Below, in pieces: positions 47,763-57,694 of a DNA stretch of 64,000 nucleotides. Position 1 is the stretch's first letter. Each line of letters starts with the position of its first letter. The notes under the pieces were generated by a model. It was not told the origin of the DNA. It did not search any database and saw nothing but the letters and a program-made list of their open reading frames with translations. The DNA is from Patescibacteria group bacterium (GTDB taxonomy: Bacteria; Patescibacteriota; Minisyncoccia; Phycocordibacterales; JAKFXT01). A program made the position numbers and the translations under genes. The DNA lies in NCBI GenBank assembly GCA_038063555.1, contig JBBTUX010000002.1, forward strand, positions 6,806 through 70,805, read 5' to 3'.

Positions 47763-49568
47763 GTGACATTGACCTCTCCTCGTTTGTTGGTAATCTTACT
47801 ATACATGAAAGAGAAGAAAGTTTTAGTGGTTTTTGGAGAACAACTTCCACCGAAATGGTTGCAATTAAGACATCAATATGACGTCGTAATTACTAGCGAA
47901 AAATTACGACAAAATGTAGAGAAACTCGGCTTTAAATGGACGGATATTGATGGATTAATTGAACCAGGAAGTATTTATGAGGCAAGCACCTTTGCCGAGG
48001 AACTTTCTCACTTGAAATTTTCTGACGGGTCTCGGATTGCCAAGTCATTTCTTTATAAAGGATACGAATTATGGTGGACACATTATGACATGTTGTTTTT
48101 ATACTTTTGTTTACCATATACGAGGTATAGGAAATTACTTGAATATGTAAGAAGTTTTCAGGGTGTTTATTTTTATCGTCCTCCGAATAAAAGTTTGTTT
48201 TCTTGCTATCTAGAAGCATACGGCAGCAAAATGATTGTACTTCAAGAGCCAAGACTCAAAAGCCCATCCTTTCTTCCTTTTGGTGTCTTTCTACAAATTG
48301 TAATTACTCTTTTGTGTTTGCCGATTCTTATATTAAGAAGGTATCATTCCATGATATTTATTGGCGATAAATTTGAAAAAGATAAAGATTATGATTCTAG
48401 GGTGAAGTTTATATATGAAGAGTTGAGACAAAAGAAAATTCCTTTCGTTGAGTTCATTCGCGGTTTGGAATCTTGGAAAACCGTATTAGAGCATGCGTTT
48501 ACAAGAAAGCGTCCAGTCGTTTATTCTGAAGCGGTAGCTTTTGTCGGTCGTTTTATAAGTATTCTCACAGGCGGACATTCTATAGCTAGAAAAAGATTTG
48601 GCTCTCACATTTTTTCTTCTGAAACAGATAGGGAAGCGCGATTTAAATTTTTTGTGGCAACCCAATATCTTTTAGGCGCATACGATGATATTTGGGCGAT
48701 ACGGATTATGAAATGGATTTTGCGTGTGATAGGTGTTAGGGCGGCATTTATTTCGGCGGCTTGTGAACGTAATTTTCACACTGTATTGGGTTGTAAATTA
48801 AATGTCATACCAATAGTTGGTATTTTGCACGGATTCGCTTCAAAGAATTACAATGTATATGATTTTATGCCGGGGTTTGATGGAGAAAAAAGTTTATCCG
48901 TTGATAAGTATGGTCTTTGGAGCGAGTGGTGGAGAGGATATTATATAAAAAATAGTAAAACCTATCGTCCGGAACAGCTTTTTGTTTCTGGTCCAATGAG
49001 ACCCTTGCAAAAACCATTAATTGATTCTGTTTTGAAAACACTTGTTAAACGACAAAAGATAAATGTTCTTTTGGTTTCTGAAATAGTCGCTGTCCCCTCG
49101 GAAGTCATGCCGTATCTGGATGCTCTTTTTGAAGATTCTAATTTTTCTGTTTATATAAAATTTCGTCAAAATAAAGACGCTTTTGAAGAATGGCTAAAGA
49201 TTAATCGTCCTGATGTTTTAGCCAAGCTTGGTAAAGACAGAACTTTGAAAGGGACGATGAATGAAGCTATTGAACTGTGCGATGTTGTAGTCGGTTCCCA
49301 GAGCACTGGAGTTATAGAGGCGACACTTCACGGCAAACCCTTTGTTTTTTTCAACACCAAGAAGTGGGGCGACTATTTTGATTTAAAATCACTTGATTCA
49401 AAATATAATTTCTTTGCAGAAAATCCTAAAGAGTTAGTTAATTACATAAGAGAGAGCGAAAAAATTCCCAAAGAAGTGTTAAAAGATTTTTGTGAAAGAT
49501 TTTTCGGAGACCCACGTAAAAATGGTAGCAAATGGGCTGTCGAAGAATTGGAAAAATTTTCCAAATAG
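47763..49568 (+). CDS. Putative GT-B polymer-forming transferase (TagF/CDP-glycerol glycerophosphotransferase-like or capsule-synthesis family)
   Basis: Its C-terminal ...CDVVVGSQSTGVIEATLHGKPFVFF... resembles GT-B donor-binding segments. The assignment is low-confidence. Confidence 0.25.
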   Translation: MTLTSPRLLVILLYMKEKKVLVVFGEQLPPKWLQLRHQYDVVITSEKLRQNVEKLGFKWTDIDGLIEPGSIYEASTFAEELSHLKFSDGSRIAKSFLYKGYELWWTHYDMLFLYFCLPYTRYRKLLEYVRSFQGVYFYRPPNKSLFSCYLEAYGSKMIVLQEPRLKSPSFLPFGVFLQIVITLLCLPILILRRYHSMIFIGDKFEKDKDYDSRVKFIYEELRQKKIPFVEFIRGLESWKTVLEHAFTRKRPVVYSEAVAFVGRFISILTGGHSIARKRFGSHIFSSETDREARFKFFVATQYLLGAYDDIWAIRIMKWILRVIGVRAAFISAACERNFHTVLGCKLNVIPIVGILHGFASKNYNVYDFMPGFDGEKSLSVDKYGLWSEWWRGYYIKNSKTYRPEQLFVSGPMRPLQKPLIDSVLKTLVKRQKINVLLVSEIVAVPSEVMPYLDALFEDSNFSVYIKFRQNKDAFEEWLKINRPDVLAKLGKDRTLKGTMNEAIELCDVVVGSQSTGVIEATLHGKPFVFFNTKKWGDYFDLKSLDSKYNFFAENPKELVNYIRESEKIPKEVLKDFCERFFGDPRKNGSKWAVEELEKFSK

Positions 49569-49579
49569 ATTCACTAAAG

Positions 49580-50836
49580 TCAACTATTCTTTCGCCACAT
49601 AGCTATGTTGATGAGCATGCCGATGAAAGACATAATGACAAAAGCCGATACTAATCCCATTATTCCACCTTGTATTCCAAGGACTAAATAAAGAATAATT
49701 TTAAGAATATTTTGAATTAAGCTGTTTGTAAAAATAACCCTAGACAATTTTTGAGAAACCAAAAGCAAGCTGACGTAGCGGTTGGGGATGGCGAATACAA
49801 AGCTAACTGCCAATATTTGTGAATAAGTTACGGCGTCTATATATTGTGGAAGCAAGTATTTGAATAAATATGGAGCAACCAATATATAGCTAATAAAACA
49901 CACGAGCCCCACCGCGATACCTTGAAAAGTTCTCAAATAGAAAGTTTCATTTATTTCTCGAGGTGTCTTTGTGGCAAATTTCGGAAAACCTAAACCGACC
50001 CAGTTTTTTATTAAATAAGTTGCTCTGTCCGGAATGGCGATTGCGAGTGAGTATAGTGCGAGCTGGGCTACTCCATAGAAGTGAGCCAGAATAATCTTGT
50101 CTATTTGCGAGGCAACTGGACCGATAAACCCAATGAAGGTTAGCTCCCGGCCATATTTCAAGGTTTCTTCGGTCGGTGTTTTGGGTGGCTTGAATGTGTA
50201 TAAAGTGAACAAATAAAAAAATAAAGTGGTGGCGAAGGTCGTCGCGGCATAGGTGATAATTAACCAGATGATTTCCTTGGTTAAGAGCAATGTGGCCAGC
50301 ATTCCCAATCCGTATACAAAAGTGGAAACGATACTTGAAATACTTGCCAATTTGAATTCTTTTTTGCCTTCAAGATAAGCTCCGTATGTATTAAAAGCTA
50401 AAGTGGCTGGGACAAATATTCCTAAAATAAGAAATGACATCGCGAATAGCGAATCGTCTTGCATAAAATAATAACCGCTAAGCGCCCAAAAAGCGGAGAG
50501 CATTAGTATGTTCCACCTGAGCTGATATCTGACGGATGTTTGAAGCGCTCCCTCTTGTCCTGCTGCTACCGCTCTTGCAACGGCGCCATTCATTCCGGTA
50601 AGCGAGAAAACATTCAATATGGCGGCCAAAGAAAGAATATATCTATAGAGACCATATGTTTCTTTTGGTAACAGATTGGCAAAAGCAATTACTAGTAAGA
50701 GCGATAAAACGTTTGATGCTACTTGCCCGAATGTTATCCAGAAACTTCCCTTGGCGACATATACCATATCAATCTTTAAAAAGCGCTCGCTGAAACGAAG
50801 CGCTTCAAGGGACTTTTGTTTTAGGCCGGCAATCAT
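49580..50836 (-). CDS. Oligosaccharide flippase (Wzx / MOP superfamily)
   Basis: It is a roughly 418-aa polytopic membrane protein with about 12-14 TM helices and a Wzx-like organisation. Confidence 0.55.
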   Translation of the reverse strand: MIAGLKQKSLEALRFSERFLKIDMVYVAKGSFWITFGQVASNVLSLLLVIAFANLLPKETYGLYRYILSLAAILNVFSLTGMNGAVARAVAAGQEGALQTSVRYQLRWNILMLSAFWALSGYYFMQDDSLFAMSFLILGIFVPATLAFNTYGAYLEGKKEFKLASISSIVSTFVYGLGMLATLLLTKEIIWLIITYAATTFATTLFFYLFTLYTFKPPKTPTEETLKYGRELTFIGFIGPVASQIDKIILAHFYGVAQLALYSLAIAIPDRATYLIKNWVGLGFPKFATKTPREINETFYLRTFQGIAVGLVCFISYILVAPYLFKYLLPQYIDAVTYSQILAVSFVFAIPNRYVSLLLVSQKLSRVIFTNSLIQNILKIILYLVLGIQGGIMGLVSAFVIMSFIGMLINIAMWRKNS

Positions 50837-51050
50837 ATGAAGTAAAACTATGTTAGCTTGGCTGAAGTTTCTTGGCTAGTCATCAATAAGGAGTAATGCT
50901 ATAGTGTCGCCTTATGAATCCTGTTAGTAGAAAATGGCATTAGAAACAGTGTCAATTTATATACTATGAGCAAAAGGTTGAATATTATTAAAATAATACA
51001 AATTTGGTTAATCTACTTCTAAAAGAAGTGATGCCATTTTTCACTACAGG

Positions 51051-53408
51051 ATGAATAACGTCCTCCGGTATACAATTTTACTCGGTTTATTTTCAATACC
51101 GTTTATTCCTCTCATTGTTTCTAGTTCAATGTTTTTTCCGTTTATAACTGGGAAAAATTTTACTTTCCGAATCATAGTAGAAATTATCTTTGCTCTATGG
51201 CTCATTCTTTCTCTAAGAGAAGCTCTATATAGACCTAAGTTCTCTGGCATTTTAGCCGCTTTCGCTGTTTTTGTGGGAATCGTTGCTATCGCAGACTTAA
51301 ATAGCGAATATGCCTTTAAAAGTCTTTGGAGCAATTATGAACGTATGGAGGGTTTGGTAACTTTGGTTCACTTGCTCGCATATTTTGTCGTTCTTGGTTC
51401 AATGTTTATAAAACGTTCTACTTGGGATCATTTCTTTAACTTAATGCTTGTGGTGTCCTCTGGTCTTTCCACTTATGGACTTTTTCAATTGGCAGGGTTT
51501 CTCATTATAAATCAAGGAGGCATTAGAGTAGATGGAACTTTAGGTAATGCCACCTATTTTGCAATTTATCTTGTCTTTCACTTCTTTTTGGCTTTGATGT
51601 TGGCAATTAGGCAGAAAGGTAAAGATTGGGATGCGATTTCGCGCGCCGTAATTACCGCTTCTGCTATTTTTGTTCCCTTGATAATGTTTGGTTTTTTGCC
51701 GGCAAACGCCAGCATAAAAGAAGGTAGGGAAATTTTCGCTTGGATTATACCTATTATAAGTTTAATCACAGTTGGGCTTTCTTTTCTTTCTCGTCAATAT
51801 CTTTATTTATTCCTTGGAGCCATTTATTCTCTTGTTCTTTATTACACGGCAACTCGTGGCGCCATCTTGGGATTAATTGGGGGGGTTTTGCTCGCCTCGC
51901 TTCTCGTTGCTTTGTTTGAAAAAGAAGAAAAGAATTTGAAGAAAATTTCTTGGGGAGTAATTGGCGCCGTTTTCATACTAATAGTTGGCTTTTTCTTTAT
52001 TCGTAACACTGAATTTGTAAAAACAAGTCCAGTTTTGAATCGTTTTGCCACTATTTCCATAAACGAAACCAAGACCCAGGCTCGCGCCTATGTTTGGCCA
52101 ATGGCCATAGAAGGATTTAAGGAAAGGCCAATTTTAGGATGGGGGCAAGAAAGTTTTAATTATGTTTTTAACAAACATTATAATCCGGCAATGTTTAACC
52201 ACGAGCCGTGGTTTGATAGAACGCATAATGTTTTTCTAGATTGGCTTATAGCGAGTGGCATCTTGGGACTTTTGGGGTATTTGTCTTTATATGGCTTTGG
52301 TCTTTACGCTTTGTGGAAAAAAAGTGACATGACATTTGCGGAAAAGGCAGTATTAATAGGACTTTTTTCCGCCTATGTTTTCCACAATTTCTTTGTCTTT
52401 GATAATTTGGTTAGCTACTTGCTCTTTGTCATATTTCTCGCCTTTCTTCATTTTGATACGGCCAAGGATTTCCCCGAAAGAGTATCTCTTCCTTTCAGAT
52501 CGTTCACCAATTTGGGCAACATTGGTTTTTCAATGGTCAGCATTATTGTGATCGCCACCACTGTTTGGGGAATATATGCGATAAATGGTAAGGCAATATC
52601 GGCAAACACCACTTTAATTAATGCTATTAACGGTGATAACAAATTGAGCGTAACCGATAGATTGAAAACTTTTCAAAAAGCGATTGATTATGGAAGTTTT
52701 GGTAATCAAGAAATTCGTGAGCAACTTTTCCAGTCTATGAATAGTGTTTCCCAGGTGGATTCGGTTTCTTCTCAAGACAAGGAGGCGTTTTATCAATACA
52801 CTAAGTCCCAATATGAGGAAATGATTAAAGAAGCGCCGAATGACGTAAGGCATCATATGTTTTTTGGCTCTTTGTTAAGCAGTCATCGCGACTACCAAGC
52901 TGGGCTAAATGAACTTTTAATAGCGCAGAAACTTTCGCCTAAAAAACAAACCATCCTTTTTGAGATTGCAAGATTACGTTTAATTGTTGGCGATAGTGCG
53001 GGCGCCATTAATATCTTAAAAGATACATTGGCTTTGGCGCCGAATAATACAGAAGCTCGTATTAATTTGGCAACAGCCGCCATATATTCAGGGCAAAACG
53101 AATTAGCCAATCAAGTTCTTTTGGAGGGATTTAACACAGTGGCTTATCCTCATGAGCAGCTTTTGCGCGCTTATTATGATACTAAACAATTTAATCAAGT
53201 TCTTGCCATATGGATTAGTAGAGCCAACGCTGAACCAAGTTCTCGAAATTATGCTGGGGTTGCCGCTTCTTATTTGCAACTTGGAAGAAGAATTGATGAC
53301 AGAATAGCTTTAGAAAAAGCGCGAGATCTGGAACTTAATCCAAGTGCTAAATCTCAATATCAAAAATTTATAGATGATTTGGTGGCAGGGAAAAATATTT
53401 TGAAGTAA
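51051..53408 (+). CDS. O-antigen ligase/polymerase (Wzy_C-like) membrane domain fused to C-terminal TPR repeats
   Basis: The N-terminal roughly 480 aa are polytopic, with a Wzy/WaaL-type large periplasmic loop (...YVWPMAIEGFKERPILGWGQESF...HNVFLDWL...). The C-terminal roughly 250 aa hold TPR-like repeats. Confidence 0.55.
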   Translation: MNNVLRYTILLGLFSIPFIPLIVSSSMFFPFITGKNFTFRIIVEIIFALWLILSLREALYRPKFSGILAAFAVFVGIVAIADLNSEYAFKSLWSNYERMEGLVTLVHLLAYFVVLGSMFIKRSTWDHFFNLMLVVSSGLSTYGLFQLAGFLIINQGGIRVDGTLGNATYFAIYLVFHFFLALMLAIRQKGKDWDAISRAVITASAIFVPLIMFGFLPANASIKEGREIFAWIIPIISLITVGLSFLSRQYLYLFLGAIYSLVLYYTATRGAILGLIGGVLLASLLVALFEKEEKNLKKISWGVIGAVFILIVGFFFIRNTEFVKTSPVLNRFATISINETKTQARAYVWPMAIEGFKERPILGWGQESFNYVFNKHYNPAMFNHEPWFDRTHNVFLDWLIASGILGLLGYLSLYGFGLYALWKKSDMTFAEKAVLIGLFSAYVFHNFFVFDNLVSYLLFVIFLAFLHFDTAKDFPERVSLPFRSFTNLGNIGFSMVSIIVIATTVWGIYAINGKAISANTTLINAINGDNKLSVTDRLKTFQKAIDYGSFGNQEIREQLFQSMNSVSQVDSVSSQDKEAFYQYTKSQYEEMIKEAPNDVRHHMFFGSLLSSHRDYQAGLNELLIAQKLSPKKQTILFEIARLRLIVGDSAGAINILKDTLALAPNNTEARINLATAAIYSGQNELANQVLLEGFNTVAYPHEQLLRAYYDTKQFNQVLAIWISRANAEPSSRNYAGVAASYLQLGRRIDDRIALEKARDLELNPSAKSQYQKFIDDLVAGKNILK

Positions 53409-53416
53409 GTATAGAT

Positions 53417-53444
53417 TTGACTTTTAGCTCAAATTTGCTATAAT
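53417..53444 (+). promoter_or_regulatory. Near-consensus sigma70 promoter (TTGACT, then 16 nt, then TATAAT)
   Basis: TTGACT at 53417-53422 and TATAAT at 53439-53444 give a textbook promoter spacing. It drives either a small RNA or a 260-nt murB leader. Confidence 0.5.
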
Positions 53445-53450
53445 GGGGCG

Positions 53451-53660
53451 CAAGTGAGTGCTAACAAATTCTGTTAGTTCTAACGAATGTCTGCGAAAAG
53501 GCCTCCGTAAGGGGGCCTTTTCGTGCCTATGGAAAGAGCTTTTGCTATACTTTGACCGAGGGAATTTTCAATTGTTCCTATATATGGCTCCCGGCTGCAC
53601 TCACTTAAGACATTAGTTTTGGAGCTGGCACCCGGGGGCCATATGTCGGCGTAATTTTTT
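53451..53660 (+). ncRNA. Candidate structured small RNA (about 210 nt), or a long structured 5' leader of murB
   Basis: It begins GGGGCGCAAGTGAGTGC. The 5' end is complementary to 53597-53609 (GCACTCACTTAAG). Internal hairpins include CTAACA-AATTC-TGTTAG and AAGGCCTCC-GTAA-GGGGGCCTT, and a T-run follows at 53652-53660. I found no match to tmRNA, RNase P or SRP consensus elements. Confidence 0.3.
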
Positions 53661-53706
53661 ATTCATCCAGTTTAGAGACAAATTAAATTAACAACACCAG
53701 CCTATT

Positions 53707-54744
53707 ATGACCAGCGGTATCTCTAACGGGATAAAGGAAAATGTTTCTCTAAAGCCATTAACAACATTTCGTATCGGCGGGAAAGCCCGCTTTTTTTGTT
53801 TAATAAACAATATAGAAGACCTTAAAAAGGCGACCAATTTTGCTAAAGAAAATAAACTTGAAATTTTTATTTTAGGAGGAGGTTCAAATATTTTGGTTGC
53901 CGACGAAGGATTTTCTGGAGTTGTCATTCGCATGAACATTTTGGGAACCGAAATTAAAAAGAGCGCTGATGGCACACAGGTTTCTGTTGGAGCGGGAGTT
54001 TCTTGGGATGAATTTGTCGGAGAGATGGTTTTAAAAAATATATACGGACTTGAAAATCTTTCTCTAATCCCAGGAAGTGTGGGAGCCGCCCCTATTCAAA
54101 ATATCGGCGCTTATGGAAAAGAGGTGAAAGATTTTATAGATTCGGTAGAAGTTTTTGATATCAAAAATCTAAAAGAAGTAAAATTAAGTAACAAGGATTG
54201 CAATTTTTCTTACAGAGACAGTATTTTTAAAAAAGAAGATGGTAAAAATTTAGTCATTACCAGAGTTAACTTTTTGCTAAATGGTAATTTTAATCCCGAT
54301 ATAACTTACAAGGATTTAAAAGATTATTTTTTGGGAAAAGAGCCAGAAATTACCCCTTTCAAACTTCGCCAAGCGGTGATTTCCATAAGAAAAGGCAAAT
54401 TACCTGACCTAAAAGTATATGGCACGGCTGGGTCATTTTTTAAAAACCCTATAATTGATGAAGATTTGACGAGATCTCTCTTAGGAAATTATCCTAACAT
54501 TCCTAATTGGAGAGACCGTGACGGAAAAACGAAGGTTTCGGCAGGGTTTCTCATAGACAAGGTCTGCGGTTTGGGCAAAGAACAAGTGGGGGATGCTTGT
54601 GTTTGGGAAAAGCAAAACTTAGTTTTGATAAATAAAGGCGAGGCGATGGCTAAAGATGTTCTAGAGCTTTCGGGAAAAATAAAAAAATGTGTTAAGGAAA
54701 AGACGGGAATAAATCTCGAACAAGAAGTGCAATTTATTTCCTGA
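53707..54744 (+). CDS. murB: UDP-N-acetylenolpyruvoylglucosamine reductase
   Basis: It has an FAD-binding PCMH-type N-terminus (...LKPLTTFRIGGKARFF...ILGGGSNILV...) and a MurB C-terminal domain. Confidence 0.75.
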   Translation: MTSGISNGIKENVSLKPLTTFRIGGKARFFCLINNIEDLKKATNFAKENKLEIFILGGGSNILVADEGFSGVVIRMNILGTEIKKSADGTQVSVGAGVSWDEFVGEMVLKNIYGLENLSLIPGSVGAAPIQNIGAYGKEVKDFIDSVEVFDIKNLKEVKLSNKDCNFSYRDSIFKKEDGKNLVITRVNFLLNGNFNPDITYKDLKDYFLGKEPEITPFKLRQAVISIRKGKLPDLKVYGTAGSFFKNPIIDEDLTRSLLGNYPNIPNWRDRDGKTKVSAGFLIDKVCGLGKEQVGDACVWEKQNLVLINKGEAMAKDVLELSGKIKKCVKEKTGINLEQEVQFIS

Positions 54745-55185
54745 TTATTTTCTTTGGATTTATTTTTAAGTTGTCAGTTTTTAATTTTAAATTATTTCCC
54801 ACTAAATTTTTTGTAAAAAACTTAGTGGGAAAGTTATCCACATAATTTTGTAAAAAAATATTGTGAAAGATTTTATTAGAGGGATAATTGTATTTAGAAG
54901 TAGTGGTTTGTTGTTTTTCTCTTTCGGAATGACACTTTGTAAATATTTTTATGAATGTGCCGAAAAGAGAGGTCGGCAGCATCCGCGAATTATAAAGTAG
55001 TTCTAATACCGAAATGGCAAAGAAAAGAAAGGCCGCAAAAAAGAAGGCCAAGAAGTCAAGAAAGAAGAAGATGTAAATCTTCTTCTAAGGACTTCTCACT
55101 TAAGGCAAGGGACCATCTCTCAAAAGGAGAAGGTCCTTTGCTTTTTTGGCCTATTTTTAAGAGCTAAATATGCTAAAATGTCCCA

Positions 55186-57690
55186 ATGTTTAAATGGTTT
55201 GAGGGTTTTGCCGACAGTGGACAGGGCGCTCTGAAAAAGGCGGAAAAAGAGCTTCAAAAAGTTAATGCTTTTGAGGAGAAAATTGTCGCGCTTTCAGACG
55301 ATGCTTTAAAAGCAAAAACTTTGGAATTCAAGGAGCGTTATCAAAAGGAGGAAACATTAGATGATTTACTCCCCGAGGCCTTTGCTGTTGTTCGTGAAGC
55401 CGCTAAGCGTTTCCGGGGTGAACGTCATTATGATGTGCAAATAATAGGCGGCATCGTTCTTCATCGTCGCGGTATTGCGGAAATGAAAACTGGTGAAGGA
55501 AAAACTTTGGTGGCAACCTTACCTGTTTATTTGAATGCCATTTCCGCTAAGGGAGTGCATGTAATTACGGTTAATGATTATCTCTCCCGACGTGACGCTG
55601 TTTGGATGGGAGAAATTTATTCTTTTTTGGGATTATCGGTCGGAGTTTTAAATCATGACTCTTCTTTCCTTTATGACCCCAAGCACGGCAACAACCAACA
55701 ACTAACAACCAACAACCAACAAGAGGATGCGAAAGACGAGGAAAGAGACAAGTTGGGTTCATTTAAAGTGATGCATGAATTTTTACGCCCAGTGACAAGG
55801 AAAGAAGCTTATCAAGCTGATATAACTTATGGCACGAATAGCGAATTTGGCTTTGATTACTTAAGGGATAATCTTGAATACAGTAAAGAGTCATTGAGAC
55901 AAAGACCGCACGCTTTTGCTGTAGTGGATGAAATTGACTCTATTTTAATAGATGAAGCAAGGACCCCCTTAATAATATCGGCGCCTTCTTCAGAAAGCGC
56001 AGAACTTTACAACGTCTTTGCTAAAATTGCTCGACAAATGAAAAAGGACGAGGATTTTTTGATTGATGAAAAACTAAAAGCTATAACTTTGACCGATGAA
56101 GGAATAAACAAAGCAGAAAAAACATTGGGTGTTTCCAATATTTATACGGAAAAAGGCATTAAATATGTGCATCACTTGGAAACGGCCATAAAAGCGTCGG
56201 CTCTTTTTGAAAAAGATAAAGAATATGTTGTAAAAAACGATGAAATTATCATAGTGGATGAATTTACAGGGCGACTTCAACCAGGTAGACGTTGGAGTGA
56301 AGGGTTACACCAAGCTATTGAAGCCAAAGAAGGAGTTTCCGTGCAAAAGGAATCCCGCACCTTTGCATCAATCACCTATCAAAATTATTTCCGTCTTTAC
56401 GAAAAACTTTCGGGGATGACAGGAACGGCCCTCACTTCATCTGAAGAATTTTATAAAGTTTATGGTTTGGAAGTTGTGGCTATTCCTACCAATAGACCTT
56501 CGGCAAGAATGGATTTTGAAGACCAAATTTTCCAAACTGAAAAAGGAAAATTGAAAGCCATAGCTTCTCGAGTCAAAGACCTGCACCAGAAGGGCCAACC
56601 AGTTTTAATAGGTACGGTTTCAATTGAAAAAAATGAACTTCTTTCTGCTTACTTAAAGCAAGAAGGAATACCGCACGAAATACTTAATGCTAAAAATCAT
56701 GAGCGTGAAGGAGAAATTATTGCTCAAGCTGGAAAAAAAGGACAAGTAACAATAGCGACCAACATGGCGGGACGCGGGGTGGATATAAAGTTGGGGGGAA
56801 ATCCAGCAACAAATGAAGAATATGAAGAAGTGAAGAAGAATGGCGGACTTTTTGTCCTGGGAACCGAGCGACACGAAGCGCGACGTATAGATAATCAGCT
56901 CCGCGGTCGTTCTGCCCGTCAGGGCGACTCAGGCGCCACACAATTTTTTGTTTCATTGGAGGATTCTTTAATGAGAGTTTTTGCGTCCGATACTATAAAA
57001 AATATGATGGGACGTTTTGGTATTCCCGAAGACCAGCCAATTGAAAATCGTCTCATAACTCGCTCCCTTGAATCGGCTCAAACTAAAATTGAAGGATTTC
57101 ATTTTGATTCCAGGAAACACATTCTTGAATACGATGACATTTTGAATCACCAACGCACCATAATGTATTCTCGCCGTCGCGACATGCTTTTAGGAGAAAA
57201 TGAAGCGGTGGATGTATTTCTAGAACAAGTAATTTTAGGAGATGAGAATTTGGCCGCGAAAGTTCAGCAATTAAAACAAAAAATAGGAGCTGAGAATTTT
57301 TATTTGAATTTACGCCGTTTGGTTTTACAAACAATAGATTTATTTTGGATTGACCACTTGGAAGCGATGGATTACTTACGCTCATCGGTCAATTTGCGTG
57401 CTTATGGTCAACGTGACCCATTGGTGGAATATAAAAAAGAAGGATTGAAAATTTTTAAAGAAATGGAAGAGGGAATGTTTAATGAGATTACTCGTCTACT
57501 TCCAATTTTAGCTGAAGGAGCTCTCGCTATGGAGAAACAATCGGAGTTAACTGAAGTTAAAGAAGGAGCGGAATCAATAACTTCTTCAACAAAAAGTAGC
57601 CCAGATAATTCAGGTATACCTAAGGTTGGCCGAAACGAACAGTGCCCCTGCGGAAGTGGCAAGAAGTATAAACATTGTCATGGGAAGTAG
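55186..57690 (+). CDS. secA: Preprotein translocase ATPase SecA
   Basis: It has DEAD-like motor motifs (...MKTGEGKTLVATLP..., ...VDEIDSILIDEARTPLIIS...) and a C-terminal zinc-binding tail CPCGSGKKYKHCHGK. It also contains an N/Q-rich low-complexity insert (NNQQLTTNNQQ) encoded by a CAACAA-type repeat at about 55686-55720. Confidence 0.9.
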   Translation: MFKWFEGFADSGQGALKKAEKELQKVNAFEEKIVALSDDALKAKTLEFKERYQKEETLDDLLPEAFAVVREAAKRFRGERHYDVQIIGGIVLHRRGIAEMKTGEGKTLVATLPVYLNAISAKGVHVITVNDYLSRRDAVWMGEIYSFLGLSVGVLNHDSSFLYDPKHGNNQQLTTNNQQEDAKDEERDKLGSFKVMHEFLRPVTRKEAYQADITYGTNSEFGFDYLRDNLEYSKESLRQRPHAFAVVDEIDSILIDEARTPLIISAPSSESAELYNVFAKIARQMKKDEDFLIDEKLKAITLTDEGINKAEKTLGVSNIYTEKGIKYVHHLETAIKASALFEKDKEYVVKNDEIIIVDEFTGRLQPGRRWSEGLHQAIEAKEGVSVQKESRTFASITYQNYFRLYEKLSGMTGTALTSSEEFYKVYGLEVVAIPTNRPSARMDFEDQIFQTEKGKLKAIASRVKDLHQKGQPVLIGTVSIEKNELLSAYLKQEGIPHEILNAKNHEREGEIIAQAGKKGQVTIATNMAGRGVDIKLGGNPATNEEYEEVKKNGGLFVLGTERHEARRIDNQLRGRSARQGDSGATQFFVSLEDSLMRVFASDTIKNMMGRFGIPEDQPIENRLITRSLESAQTKIEGFHFDSRKHILEYDDILNHQRTIMYSRRRDMLLGENEAVDVFLEQVILGDENLAAKVQQLKQKIGAENFYLNLRRLVLQTIDLFWIDHLEAMDYLRSSVNLRAYGQRDPLVEYKKEGLKIFKEMEEGMFNEITRLLPILAEGALAMEKQSELTEVKEGAESITSSTKSSPDNSGIPKVGRNEQCPCGSGKKYKHCHGK

Positions 57691-57694
57691 AAGT

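Noticed and set aside
53451-53660. I considered tmRNA, RNase P RNA or SRP RNA identity for the structured intergenic RNA.
   Set aside because: I saw no tRNA-like T-arm or CCA end, no GGAAAGUCCGG P4 element, and no SRP domain-IV AGCAGGGAAG-type motif. It is left as an unclassified candidate.
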